A DNA stretch of 64,000 nt from Candidatus Zhuqueibacterota bacterium (GCA_049322915.1 JBMOPW010000028.1:2965-66964); one strand, 5' to 3'. Counted from the first letter of the stretch, positions 49,261-59,468 are shown. A program made the numbers and translations. Notes: generated by a model from the letters alone, not told the origin.

Positions 49261-51915
49261 ATGACAAATTACCAGAGAAGTATCATCCGTTTTATCGGTA
49301 TCATTCTTTTTTCTGTGATGTCGACAGTCAGTTTCGGCGGTGGGAAAAAAATCAAGCCGGTGGATGCGGAGCAGCGGTTGAGCCGCTACGCCCGGCATGA
49401 AGCCTTGAAAGAGACGTCGCTGTTCAAGCACCTGCCGTGGCAGTTTCTTGGGCCAACCAATATCAGCGGTCGAATGACCGATGTGGCTGTTGTCGCGCCA
49501 AAAGGGAAAAATTATACCATATATGTGGCCGGAGCATCCGGCGGCGTCTGGAAGAGCATGAACGAGGGCACAACATGGACGCCGATTTTCGAGCATGCGC
49601 CATCCACGTCCATAGGCGACGTCACCCTTGCGCCATCGGATCCCAACATCATCTGGGTCGGAACCGGCGAGGCCAACATTTTTCGCAGTTCCATGGCTGG
49701 GAGCGGCGTGTACAAATCAGTGGATGCCGGCAAAACCTGGCAATACATGGGTTTGGCCAAAACCCACACCATCCCGCGGATCGTCATCCATCCTGAGAAT
49801 CCGGATATTGTGTACGTGGCTGCGTCCGGCCATGAATGGACGAATAACGAGGATCGGGGCGTTTACCGCTCGCGCGACGGCGGCGCATCCTGGGAAAAAA
49901 TTCTGTACATCAACGACAAAACCGGCGTCATCGATCTTGTCATGAATCCGGCCGATCCGAACATAATGTACGCCGCGGCCTGGCAGCGCATCCGTCTCAA
50001 GTGGAATGATCCGCGCAATGAGCCGAACTACACCGGCAGCGGCATTTTCAAAACGACGGATGGCGGAGATACCTGGAAACCGATCAACGCAGGATTGCCT
50101 GAGGCGAAATTCCGCGGCCGAATTGGGCTGGATCTGTGCGCTGCGAAGCCGGGTGTGGTCTACTCCTTTGTCGATAATTACGAGCAGGCAGGCCAGGCCG
50201 AAGAGGGCGAGACCGATTCATACGGACGTCCCCGCGGCGGCATGATTCGCGGGGCCACAGTGTTCCGCTCCGACGACGGCGGCGAGAATTGGCGGCAGGT
50301 GAGCGAGCCCAGTGATTACATGCTGCGGCTATCTGCCACGTACGGCTGGGTCTTCGGGCAAATACGCGTTGATCCGGTGGATGAAAACAAGATTTACGCG
50401 ATGGGGATTTCGCTCCATGTCTCCGAAGACGGAGGGAAAACCTTCCGCCGGTTGCGCGGCATGCACGCCGACCACCATGGCCTGTGGATTGATCCGGAGA
50501 ATACCCGCTATCTGGTTAATGCGAACGATGGGGGCCTGGCCATCTCGTACGATGGCGGAGAAAACTGGCGTACGTTCTACGACAACATCCCGATGGTGCA
50601 ATTTTTCAATGTCATGGTCGATATGGCTGAGCCGTTTCATGTCTACGGCTCCATCCAGGATCACGGCAGCAGACGGGGAATTGTCGATCTCAGCCAGGGA
50701 CGCGATGCCATCCCGGCTGTGGCGTTCGAATACGCTCCCGGAGGAGAAGGGAGTAGTCACGCCATTGATCCCACCGATCCGAATATCGTTTACTCCGCCG
50801 GTTTTTATGGCTCCATCACGCGGACGGATTTGAACACCGGCCAGGAGAAAGACATCATGCCCAGGCCGGGAAAAGACGCGCCCAAATATCGCGGCCAGTG
50901 GCTCGCGCCGTTCATCATTTCGCCGCACAATCCCCTCATCATCTATCACGGTATGAACTACCTGTTTCGCTCGCTGAATCGGGGAGAAACCTGGCAGAAA
51001 ATCAGTCCTGATTTGACCGGCAACGATCCTGAAAAAAGGGGCGATATTTCGTTTCAGACCCTGTCCGCCATTTCTGAATCGCCGCTCAGGTTCGGTTTGA
51101 TTTACGCCGGCACCGATGACGGTCGCGCCCACGTGACCCGCGACGGCGGCCTTTCCTGGAAAGAAATTTCTAAATCCCTGCCGCAACGATGGATCTCCCG
51201 AATTGTCGCTTCGGCGTTTGACGAGGCCACCGTGTATCTGTCACAGAACGGGAAGCGCGACGACGATTTTGCCGCTTACCTGTGGAAGTCGAACGATTAC
51301 GGCGACACCTGGCAGGACATCTCCGGCAATATTCCCTGCGGGCCCATCAATGTGGTGCGCGAGGATCCTCATTATAAAAATATCCTGTATGTGGGAACCG
51401 ATCTGGGCGCATACGTCTCCATCGATGGCGGCGGCACGTGGAATATCCTGGCTAAAAATTTCCCGACCACATTTGTGCATGATCTGGTCATTCACCCGCG
51501 CGATCGGATTGCCGTCGCTGCCACCCACGGCCGCGGCATGTATGCCATGGATGTCAGCTATCTGGCGCAATTGACAGAGACCAACCTGGCTCAGCATGGT
51601 TTTCTGTACGATGTGGAATCGGTGAAATTGCCATCGAGGCGACGAGGATGGGGTGACGATCAACTCACAGTTCGCATCGCTTATTTTCTGAAAATGGCGG
51701 AGCAGGTGAAACTATGTGTTGCGGACTCGGCTGGAAATGCCATTCGGGAGTTGCAAACGACTGGCGATGCCGGGTTGAATTTTGCTCAGTGGGATTTAAG
51801 GCCGGAGAAACAGGCGGCTGAAGGAAAAGATTCCCTGGTCCAGGCCGGTCGCTACAAAATCCAACTCTCGCTGGAGTCCGGCAAAATCGAAAAGGAATTT
51901 GAAGTTTTGAAATGA
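49261..51915 (+). CDS. BNR/Asp-box multi-repeat beta-propeller protein (sortilin/VPS10-like or GH74-like), with a possible divergent T9SS-type C-terminal domain
   Basis: There are nine SxDxGxTW boxes ('SVDAGKTWQ', 'SRDGGASWE', 'TTDGGDTWK', 'SDDGGENWR', 'SEDGGKTFR', 'SYDGGENWR', 'TRDGGLSWK', 'SNDYGDTWQ', 'SIDGGGTWN'). The C-terminus 'VKLCVADSAGNAIREL...WDLR...GRYKIQLS...EFEVLK' resembles a Por tail. RBS GGAGG. Confidence 0.75.
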   Translation: MTNYQRSIIRFIGIILFSVMSTVSFGGGKKIKPVDAEQRLSRYARHEALKETSLFKHLPWQFLGPTNISGRMTDVAVVAPKGKNYTIYVAGASGGVWKSMNEGTTWTPIFEHAPSTSIGDVTLAPSDPNIIWVGTGEANIFRSSMAGSGVYKSVDAGKTWQYMGLAKTHTIPRIVIHPENPDIVYVAASGHEWTNNEDRGVYRSRDGGASWEKILYINDKTGVIDLVMNPADPNIMYAAAWQRIRLKWNDPRNEPNYTGSGIFKTTDGGDTWKPINAGLPEAKFRGRIGLDLCAAKPGVVYSFVDNYEQAGQAEEGETDSYGRPRGGMIRGATVFRSDDGGENWRQVSEPSDYMLRLSATYGWVFGQIRVDPVDENKIYAMGISLHVSEDGGKTFRRLRGMHADHHGLWIDPENTRYLVNANDGGLAISYDGGENWRTFYDNIPMVQFFNVMVDMAEPFHVYGSIQDHGSRRGIVDLSQGRDAIPAVAFEYAPGGEGSSHAIDPTDPNIVYSAGFYGSITRTDLNTGQEKDIMPRPGKDAPKYRGQWLAPFIISPHNPLIIYHGMNYLFRSLNRGETWQKISPDLTGNDPEKRGDISFQTLSAISESPLRFGLIYAGTDDGRAHVTRDGGLSWKEISKSLPQRWISRIVASAFDEATVYLSQNGKRDDDFAAYLWKSNDYGDTWQDISGNIPCGPINVVREDPHYKNILYVGTDLGAYVSIDGGGTWNILAKNFPTTFVHDLVIHPRDRIAVAATHGRGMYAMDVSYLAQLTETNLAQHGFLYDVESVKLPSRRRGWGDDQLTVRIAYFLKMAEQVKLCVADSAGNAIRELQTTGDAGLNFAQWDLRPEKQAAEGKDSLVQAGRYKIQLSLESGKIEKEFEVLK

Positions 51916-51982
51916 GACGCATTTCGCGTCATGTTTGAAATCAGTTCACCGGCACTATTTCATTATTATTGGGAGGCGATTC

Positions 51983-54034
51983 ATGCAGAAACGATTTTAC
52001 TTTTTCTTGCTTGTTTTATGCATTATGCCAATGGCGCTGGCTCTTGCCCAACCAGTTCCTCAGAGCATGCAGATGCGATTTGGCGATCCGGCGGCCCGAA
52101 AGGGAACGATCTCCGAAGTGGTCTGGAGCGAGGATGGCGCTTATCTGGACTATGTGAACCAGGATAAAAAATGGCAAGTCGATTTGAAGACCGGCGTCAT
52201 CAAAGACCTGGGCAGGGTGGAACAGGCCGGTCAGCAAGATCGCCGCTTTCAATTTCAACGCTCCGTGAAAATGGGGAATCGGGATGTCCCCACGCCGTCC
52301 CGTGGGCATCAATTTCTGACCGAGATTTCACCGGATGAAACCTGGTTTGCTGTGTGCAGGAACTGGAACGTAGTTCTGGAACATGCGACGAGCGGCGATT
52401 CCATTGTCGTCACCACAGAAGGACATCGAAAATTCAGGTACGGCACAGCCAACTGGACCTATGGCGAGGAGTTGAATGTCCGCCACGGCATGTGGTGGAC
52501 GCCGGATTCCAAAAAGCTGATTTATTACGTATTCGACGAGCGGCCGGTGCTGGATTTTTATCTCATCGGCAATCTCACAGAAGTGAACACAACACTGATG
52601 ACCGAAGGCTACATCAAAGCCGGCGCGCCGAATCCCATTGTGTGGCTGGAGATTTACGATCTGGAAACCAAAACAAGGACGGCTGTGGATGTCGGACAAA
52701 ACGGGCAGGATCAATATATTTACAACATGCGATTCACGCCGGACGGGACGGAACTGCTGTTCAACCGCATCGATCGCCACCATCATAAACTGGACGTGGT
52801 GGCGCTGGATGGGGCCACGGCTAAGACGCGCGTGGTGGTGACCGAAGTTCAGGAGACCTGGCAGGAAAACGAGCCGGCCATGGAATTTCTGGCCGACGGG
52901 AAGCGGTTCATCTGGGAGACCGAAAAAACCATGTGGCTGCAGTATGAATTGCGCCACCTGGATGGGCGTTTGCTGAAAACGCTGACAAAGGGCGAATACC
53001 CGGCTGCCGGGATTTATAAAATCGATGAAAAAAATAATTACCTGTATTACGGCGCTTACAGCGACAAAATGCGATTGAGCGAGCAACTGCATCGGGTGCG
53101 ATTGGACGGAAAAGGCCAGGAGCGATTGACCCGGACGTCCAGCCATTATTCGCGATTCGAATTTTCTCAAAATGGCGAGTACTTCACCGCGCAGAGCGAA
53201 GAGGTGAACACGCCGCCGTCCACAGCGCTGTACAAAACAGACGGCTCACTGGTCAGGGTGCTGGCAGAAGGGGCCCAGGTCGAAAGCAAACGGACAGAGC
53301 TGTTCACGTTCAAAGCGGCGGACGGCGTGACCGAGCTGTATGGCGTGTTGCATACGCCGGAAAATTTCGATCCTTCGAAAAAGTACCCGGTCATTCTGAA
53401 CGTGTACGGCGGACCGGACTCCCGCGCCGCGTCCAATCGATATCAGAATGGGAGCCGCACCACGGAACGCGGATATTTGGTCGTCGAGTTGGATAATCGC
53501 GGCCTCACCGGGCGCGGCAAGGCGTTCAAGGCGGCGGTCTATAAAAAGCTGGGCGATGTCGATATTGCCGATCAGGCCGAAGGCATCAAGTTCCTGCGCC
53601 AGCGCAGTTACGTCGATGGCGACCACGTGGGCATCGTCGGCCATTCCTACGGCGGATTTATGGCCGCCATTGGCATTGTGAAATATCCGGATGTATTCGC
53701 CGCTGCGGTGGATCGCGCCGGCCCTACGGACTGGCGCAACTACGACAGCATTTATACCGAGCGCTACATGAGTCTGCCGCAGGATAACCCGGAGGGATAC
53801 GATAATGGCTCAGCCATGAAATTTGTCAGAAATATGACCGGCAAATTGATGATCATGCACGGCATGGTGGATGATAATGTGCATCCCAGCAATGCCTGGC
53901 AATTTATCGATGCGCTGGACCGCGCCGGGAAAAAGTATGAGAGCCGATTCTTCCCAAAGAGCGGCCACGGTTTCGACGGAAGCGATACCCAATGGGACTT
54001 TTTTGATCGCTATTTAAAACCGGCCGGGAAATAG
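51983..54034 (+). CDS. S9-family serine peptidase (dipeptidyl-peptidase IV / prolyl oligopeptidase type)
   Basis: A signal peptide and an N-terminal propeller are followed by the catalytic 'GHSYGGFMAA' (GxSxGG). 'DDNVHPSN' supplies the Asp/His region. RBS GGGAGG. Confidence 0.8.
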   Translation: MQKRFYFFLLVLCIMPMALALAQPVPQSMQMRFGDPAARKGTISEVVWSEDGAYLDYVNQDKKWQVDLKTGVIKDLGRVEQAGQQDRRFQFQRSVKMGNRDVPTPSRGHQFLTEISPDETWFAVCRNWNVVLEHATSGDSIVVTTEGHRKFRYGTANWTYGEELNVRHGMWWTPDSKKLIYYVFDERPVLDFYLIGNLTEVNTTLMTEGYIKAGAPNPIVWLEIYDLETKTRTAVDVGQNGQDQYIYNMRFTPDGTELLFNRIDRHHHKLDVVALDGATAKTRVVVTEVQETWQENEPAMEFLADGKRFIWETEKTMWLQYELRHLDGRLLKTLTKGEYPAAGIYKIDEKNNYLYYGAYSDKMRLSEQLHRVRLDGKGQERLTRTSSHYSRFEFSQNGEYFTAQSEEVNTPPSTALYKTDGSLVRVLAEGAQVESKRTELFTFKAADGVTELYGVLHTPENFDPSKKYPVILNVYGGPDSRAASNRYQNGSRTTERGYLVVELDNRGLTGRGKAFKAAVYKKLGDVDIADQAEGIKFLRQRSYVDGDHVGIVGHSYGGFMAAIGIVKYPDVFAAAVDRAGPTDWRNYDSIYTERYMSLPQDNPEGYDNGSAMKFVRNMTGKLMIMHGMVDDNVHPSNAWQFIDALDRAGKKYESRFFPKSGHGFDGSDTQWDFFDRYLKPAGK

Positions 54035-54202
54035 TCCGGCGATCATTCCGAATTCAACTGCAAAATATGGATGTGCACAAAGGCAAGAAATGGGGTGCGC
54101 AACGCATCGCCTAATGAAACATAGACTGCCCCGCGCGGGCGGTGTTGCTGATGATGCTTTTTTCAACCCCTCGCTTTTCACAAAACCAGGAGGAGACTTT
54201 CG

Positions 54203-56563
54203 ATGAAATTCAAACAAATCGTCCTTTCAATTTTTCTTGTCGCTCTTGTTTTAAATCCGCTGTATGCCCAGAAGACCGCTATCAAGGTCGACGGGGACGT
54301 CGTTAAAAGCTATATCACCCACATGGCTGATGACAAATTTCTTGGCCGAAAACCATTGACCCCTGAAATGCATGTGACACAGGAGTGGGCGAAGAATTTG
54401 TTTGCGAACTGGGGACTGGAGCCAGCCGGGGAGAATGGCGCCTATTTTCAGGCTGTCCCGATTGAAGGACGACGAAGCGGCTATACGGTCAGCAAGGGCA
54501 CACCGAAGATGGTCATCGACCGTCGGGAATTTTTCACCAAATTCAATGATTTCACCGTTGATCCCCGCTCCGCGACCGGAAAGAAGCTGAAGGGCGAAAT
54601 TGTGTTCGCCGGCTACGGTATTTCCGCCCCGGGAAAGCAGTTGGATGAGTACGCGAATCTGGACGTCAAAGGCAAGTTTGTGCTCGTCCTGAAAGGCTCG
54701 CCCAATGACGTCGATGCGCCGCGCGGATATTTCTCTCCGCAGGAGGAAGCTAAGGACGCTCCTGTGGATTGGGAGCCGGAATCGCTGGACAGTTCCAAAA
54801 TTCAGACAGCCTATCAAAAAGGCGCGGTCGGCATTCTATTTTACAATCCCAAGTCGGAAGAAGATTTTCGTTCCGGGCGCGAGCCGCTCCGGAAAAGCGG
54901 GTTTCAGCGGGCTTTCATCATTGTCCCTGAAATCAGCAAGAGCGTGTTTCAATGGATCATGTGGGGCGACGACCAGGAATCGGTGAGCGGATTTGAAGGA
55001 AGAATCAATCGCATGCAGCTTCAAATCAAAGATAAAAAACCGCAGTCATTCGCCACAGGCAAAGTTGCGGCGATCAAAGGATTCGATTCCACGGATTTTT
55101 ATGGGGAGAATTTTAATAATTTTAAATGCCGCAATATCATCGGCAAAATCACCGGGACCGATCCGGCGCTGAAGGACGAATACATCGTCCTCGGCGGCCA
55201 TTTCGATCATCTGGGAGTGACGAACGGTCAGGTGTTCAATGGCGCGGACGACAATGCGTCGGGCAGCGCCGTGGTGATGGAAGTGGCCCGGCTGATGAAG
55301 CTGCACAAAGTGCAGCTCAAGCGCACTGTTTATTTCTGTCTGTGGACTGCCGAGGAACTGGGGCTCATCGGTTCGCAATACTGGGTCGATCATCCCACGG
55401 ATGGCGTGACCCTGGATAAGGTGGTGGCGAATTTCAATATGGATATGGTGGGACTGGGAGAAACCATCAGCGCCGGGGGCGGACTCAATTTCCCGTCGGT
55501 GTGGGACATCATCGCGCGCGACCAGGATGAGGACATCATCAACGTCGTCACGCCGCGGACAGGCGGCCCGGGCGGGAGCGATCATTCCGCATTCATCCAG
55601 TTGGGGATTGAATCGGTGTTTCTGATCACCGGCGGCGGCGTGGGCCATCCGGATTACCACGACACCGGGGATGATGCCGAAAAGATCGACCCGGAAATTC
55701 TGAGGAAGACGACGCAATTCGTGCTTCAGGCGACGATCAATCTCGGACAGACGGCGGAAACTCTTGTCATTCAGGATCGCCAGCAATTGTACGATGGCCT
55801 GCTGTGGAATATGGCCGTGATCAATCCCGGGCTGAAAGCCCGTGGCGGCTGGACGCAACTGGAGGCCGGCGCGCCCGACGATCTGGCTCGCCTGATGATG
55901 AATAAAGTGAGTGAGAAGAAGAATCCCCAGCCAACGCAGCGGCGGCAGCGGTTTTTCAGGGGGGGATCCCGCTCCAATATCTCCACCGGTCTGGCCGGGG
56001 CGCAGCTTTTCAACTTTGATGTGAATTACATGCTGGTGGCCCAGAAGACCCTGGAATTTGGCCGGCTCGATGTGGCCGGCGACGACGGCCGCTGGTTCGA
56101 CAAAGGGCTGACCGAATGCGGCGCCAAAGCGCTGAAGACCATGCAGGACAGCAGCATCGTCCTGCACCTGATCCGGCCGAGTCAGGAGACGTTGAGCAGC
56201 GTTTTGCAGAATGCCGAAAAACCGTTCATCATTTCCGGCGTGACGGAATTCGATTCGAATCAGTTAGCGCTTATCAATGAAAAGAAGGTAGTGGTGACTC
56301 TGGACCTGGATCCGAAAAACACGGATAAATTTATAGCGGATCTGAATGCGCTCACAGCGGCTCTGGGCGATAAAGACAATATCATCATCAACGCGCTGTC
56401 CGAGGACAGCCTCGACGCCGCGAAACAGGCCGTGTACATGAAGCTTTTCAAAGACGGCTGGACCAAACAGGATATTTACGCGATTGGCGGGGCGAGCCCC
56501 GAGCGAGGCGGTTCCGGCAATCTCAGCCCGTTCATGCCGCGACGGGATCGGCGCTGGTTTTAG
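54203..56563 (+). CDS. M28-family peptidase fused to a C-terminal degenerate M19 dipeptidase-like domain
   Basis: The M28 motifs are 'GGHFDHLG' and 'GADDNASGSAVVMEVARL'. The C-terminal region 'LTECGAKALKTMQDSSIVLHLIRPSQETLSSVLQNAEKPFIISGV' parallels the M19 gene's '[44 protein letters not shown]' but lacks the N-terminal HxDxP motif. Confidence 0.65.
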   Translation: MKFKQIVLSIFLVALVLNPLYAQKTAIKVDGDVVKSYITHMADDKFLGRKPLTPEMHVTQEWAKNLFANWGLEPAGENGAYFQAVPIEGRRSGYTVSKGTPKMVIDRREFFTKFNDFTVDPRSATGKKLKGEIVFAGYGISAPGKQLDEYANLDVKGKFVLVLKGSPNDVDAPRGYFSPQEEAKDAPVDWEPESLDSSKIQTAYQKGAVGILFYNPKSEEDFRSGREPLRKSGFQRAFIIVPEISKSVFQWIMWGDDQESVSGFEGRINRMQLQIKDKKPQSFATGKVAAIKGFDSTDFYGENFNNFKCRNIIGKITGTDPALKDEYIVLGGHFDHLGVTNGQVFNGADDNASGSAVVMEVARLMKLHKVQLKRTVYFCLWTAEELGLIGSQYWVDHPTDGVTLDKVVANFNMDMVGLGETISAGGGLNFPSVWDIIARDQDEDIINVVTPRTGGPGGSDHSAFIQLGIESVFLITGGGVGHPDYHDTGDDAEKIDPEILRKTTQFVLQATINLGQTAETLVIQDRQQLYDGLLWNMAVINPGLKARGGWTQLEAGAPDDLARLMMNKVSEKKNPQPTQRRQRFFRGGSRSNISTGLAGAQLFNFDVNYMLVAQKTLEFGRLDVAGDDGRWFDKGLTECGAKALKTMQDSSIVLHLIRPSQETLSSVLQNAEKPFIISGVTEFDSNQLALINEKKVVVTLDLDPKNTDKFIADLNALTAALGDKDNIIINALSEDSLDAAKQAVYMKLFKDGWTKQDIYAIGGASPERGGSGNLSPFMPRRDRRWF

Positions 56564-56668
56564 ATATCGGAACCTGATATGATTACTCCGATCACCGCGG
56601 AGAAACCAAAACTGTTTTTTTAGATCTGTGAAGATGCGCCGAAAGATGCATCTGCAGGATGACGTTAC

Positions 56669-57895
56669 ATGTCATTGAGCATCCAGGTTATCGACTATGA
56701 ATTGGGAGTGATCGCTCTGTCTGATTCTGAAATAAAATTCGTATTGCTTCTCCTGGCTGTCAGCGGCTTTTTAACCTACCTCGCACTGGAGAAATTTCGG
56801 CTGGCGCGTTGGCGCACGTCGATTCCACTCCGTATCGCCATCAGCGGCATCCGGGGAAAATCCAGCGTCGTGCGGATGCTGGCTTCGGCGCTGCGCGAGA
56901 ACGGCTGGAATGTCCTGGCAAAAACCACCGGCTCCGAGGCGATGTATATTTTGCCCGATGGGTCAGAATCCCGCGTCCGGCGATGCGGCGTTGTCTCCAT
57001 CCTGGAGCAGAAGTCGCTGCTCAAAAAAGCGGCTTCGCTGGGCGTGGACTGCCTGGTGGCGGAAGTGATGAGCATTCACCGGGAGAATCATTTTGTGGAA
57101 TCCCAGCGAATCCTCAAACCGACTATTGTCGGCATCACCAATGTCCGACCGGATCACACCAACGCGCTGGGCGAGACAGAGGGACAGATCGCGGAGGCCC
57201 TGAGTCTGGACATTCCGGAGCAGGCGATTGTGTTCATCCCTGAAAATGAAATCCGGCCGGCGTTTGCCGCTGCTGTGGCGAACAAACGAGGGCAATTGAT
57301 TTCAGTTCCGACGGGAGCATCGATGTCCATCGATCTCCCGGATCGGATTTTTTCTGAGAACATCGATCTGGTCGCAGCCATCGCCTGCCATCTCGACGCG
57401 CCCGTCCCGGTCATCCGGCAGGGAATTTTGAAAACGAAATACGACAGAGGACAGGTGGCTGTGTGGAAATACCTCAGTAGCGGCGGTCGCAAGATGGTCT
57501 ATTGCGCCAATGGTTTTGCTGCCAATGAGCCCAAATCGACATTACAGATTTTGCGCCTGGTGAAAGGGAGACTGCCGCAATCTATGGATAAAATTGTGGG
57601 ACTGTTGAGCCTGAGGTCGGACCGCGCCGACCGGAGCGATCAATGGCTCCGCGCGCTTCGCGAGACCGGGCCGGGATTTAAAAGGCTCTACGTCATCGGC
57701 GCCCATGCCCATATCTTCCGGTGGAACATCGACGGCGCCGAAATCCTGCGCGGGAAAGATCCCCGGCAGTTGACCGAGACGTTGATATCCGCTGTGGATT
57801 CCGACAGTGTGATATTTGGCTTTGGCAATTTCAAGGGCATCGGTCAGGCGCTCGTCGAACACTGGCAGCAGAACGGGGAAGATTATGGGCTATGA
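56669..57895 (+). CDS. pgsB: Poly-gamma-glutamate synthase, amide-ligase subunit PgsB/CapB
   Basis: The Mur-ligase-like P-loop 'ISGIRGKSSVVRML' and 'KTTGSEAMYI', 'VAEVMSIHRENHF', 'ITNVRPDHTNALGET' and 'CANGFAANEPKSTLQI' match Bacillus PgsB along its length. Confidence 0.8.
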   Translation: MSLSIQVIDYELGVIALSDSEIKFVLLLLAVSGFLTYLALEKFRLARWRTSIPLRIAISGIRGKSSVVRMLASALRENGWNVLAKTTGSEAMYILPDGSESRVRRCGVVSILEQKSLLKKAASLGVDCLVAEVMSIHRENHFVESQRILKPTIVGITNVRPDHTNALGETEGQIAEALSLDIPEQAIVFIPENEIRPAFAAAVANKRGQLISVPTGASMSIDLPDRIFSENIDLVAAIACHLDAPVPVIRQGILKTKYDRGQVAVWKYLSSGGRKMVYCANGFAANEPKSTLQILRLVKGRLPQSMDKIVGLLSLRSDRADRSDQWLRALRETGPGFKRLYVIGAHAHIFRWNIDGAEILRGKDPRQLTETLISAVDSDSVIFGFGNFKGIGQALVEHWQQNGEDYGL

Positions 57896-58322
57896 GATGT
57901 CATTTCTGGGACTGGTCATTTCGCTGGTTTTCATCGGCCTGACTGGTTATTTCCCCGGCGGCATCATTGTGCCCGGCTATCTGGTGCTGTTTCTCGATCA
58001 CCCGGCGCGAATTCTCGGCACGCTGGCGGTTGCGCTGGTTTCATTTTTATGCTATCGGTTGATTGCCCACTACCTGATTTTGTTCGGCAACCGCCGGTTC
58101 GTCTGCATGATTCTTTTGGGCGGCTGTTTCACATTCCTTTCGCTCCGCGTTCTGCCGCAGATTTTTCCGGCGTCGCCGGAATTCCAGATCATCGGCTGGG
58201 TCGTCCCTGGATTGATCGCCAACCAGTTCGAACGCCAGGGCGTGATGGTCACAACCGGCGCGCTGATTGCAGTCACCGCGTTCATTTACATGCTGGGGAA
58301 GGCTGTTCATTTCGTTCTTTAA
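57885..58322 (+). CDS. pgsC: Poly-gamma-glutamate synthesis membrane protein PgsC/CapC
   Basis: 'GGIIVPGYLVLFLDHPARIL' and 'GWVVPGLIANQFERQG' match Bacillus PgsC ('GLVVPGYLALVF' and 'GIIVPGLIANTIQRQG'). The gene overlaps the pgsB stop and encodes a small four-TM protein. Confidence 0.8.
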   Translation: MGYEMSFLGLVISLVFIGLTGYFPGGIIVPGYLVLFLDHPARILGTLAVALVSFLCYRLIAHYLILFGNRRFVCMILLGGCFTFLSLRVLPQIFPASPEFQIIGWVVPGLIANQFERQGVMVTTGALIAVTAFIYMLGKAVHFVL

Positions 58323-58343
58323 TCCAACCGGCGGACTTGAAAG

Positions 58344-59468
58344 ATGCAGAGAGACTGGTTCCGAAATCCGATTCTGACGACGCACGATCGCGCGGTGAGA
58401 CAGGGCATTGTTCTGGCCGGAGCATTCAGCGTTCTGGCGCTGGCGTTGCTGCACCTGGTATCCGGCGAACCAGCGCTGCCGTACTCAATGGAGATGCGCC
58501 ACGCAGCCGCCATCATGGACAGCGCCATTGCAGCCATTCGGGATTTCCGCAATAAGGCCGATCTCCCCATCGACGACCTGGTCGATCCGAACCGCACCGG
58601 GCTCATTGGCGCGGAATACACGGAATTGACGACCACGCTGGGCGATCTCGCAGCGAAGCGAACGACGACCAATCCCAATGTTGCCGCGCTGCTCGTCCAT
58701 CTGATGAACCAGGCGCATGTCGACCCGGGCGATACGGTGGCTATTGGTTGCTCGGCATCGTTTCCGGCGTTGATGATCGCTTCGATGTCAGCGGCCAGAG
58801 CCATGAGGGTTGTGCCAATCGTGATACTCTCTCTCGGCGCTTCGTCGTTCGGCGCGAATCAGCCGGATTTCAACCTGCTGCACATGTACGCGCTGCTGCG
58901 GGAACAGGGGATCATCACGGCGACGCCGGCTGCGGTTTCGTTGGGCGGCGAGAAGGACATTGGCGAGGAATTCGCTCCGGCATTGCGCGACAGGCTGATA
59001 GCGCAGATTGAGCGCAGCGGATATCCGCTCATTCACGAGCCGGATTTTCAAAAAAACATGACGGCGCGATTGGCGCTCTACCAGCCGGATCCGACGCGGG
59101 GACGGATTGTGGCGTTCATCAATATCGGCGGAAGCGCGATGAATCTGGGACTGAGCGAACTGGCGCTGCAACTCAATCCCGGCATCGTGAAGCGCGGCGT
59201 GCTCCCGCAGAATGCCGAGCGCGGCGTCATTCATGTCATGCTGGACCAGGGCGTGCCGGTGATTCATCTGCTGTACATCCGGGAACTGGCGTCGCGATAC
59301 GGGCTTGATTGGGATCCAATCCCGCTGCCCGCGCCGGGGGAGGATATCCTGCACGACCGAAACGACGCGCCGGATAAAAAAATTGTGGCCATTGGGCTGA
59401 TTTATGTAGCAGGATTGGGCGTCATTTCATTCCGGACGTGGCGGCGGAAGAAATGCTTTCATGAGTGA
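58344..59468 (+). CDS. Membrane-anchored protein completing the PGA module in the position normally held by PgsA; putative poly-gamma-glutamate system protein, not CapA/PgsA-like
   Basis: There are N-terminal and C-terminal TM helices ('GIVLAGAFSVLALALLHLV' and 'IVAIGLIYVAGLGVISF'). It starts 21 nt after pgsC and has no metallophosphatase (CapA) motifs. Confidence 0.45.
   Translation: MQRDWFRNPILTTHDRAVRQGIVLAGAFSVLALALLHLVSGEPALPYSMEMRHAAAIMDSAIAAIRDFRNKADLPIDDLVDPNRTGLIGAEYTELTTTLGDLAAKRTTTNPNVAALLVHLMNQAHVDPGDTVAIGCSASFPALMIASMSAARAMRVVPIVILSLGASSFGANQPDFNLLHMYALLREQGIITATPAAVSLGGEKDIGEEFAPALRDRLIAQIERSGYPLIHEPDFQKNMTARLALYQPDPTRGRIVAFINIGGSAMNLGLSELALQLNPGIVKRGVLPQNAERGVIHVMLDQGVPVIHLLYIRELASRYGLDWDPIPLPAPGEDILHDRNDAPDKKIVAIGLIYVAGLGVISFRTWRRKKCFHE

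Noticed and set aside
50329-51186. Minus-strand ORFs inside the BNR propeller, S9 and M28 genes (50329..51186, 52328..53170, 55046..56167)
   Set aside because: They are antisense artefacts of GC-rich coding sequence, and the plus-strand products carry catalytic motifs.
58344-59468. Calling the third PGA gene pgsA/capA
   Set aside because: There are no CapA metallophosphatase-like motifs, and the two-TM topology differs from Bacillus PgsA. The gene symbol was left blank.
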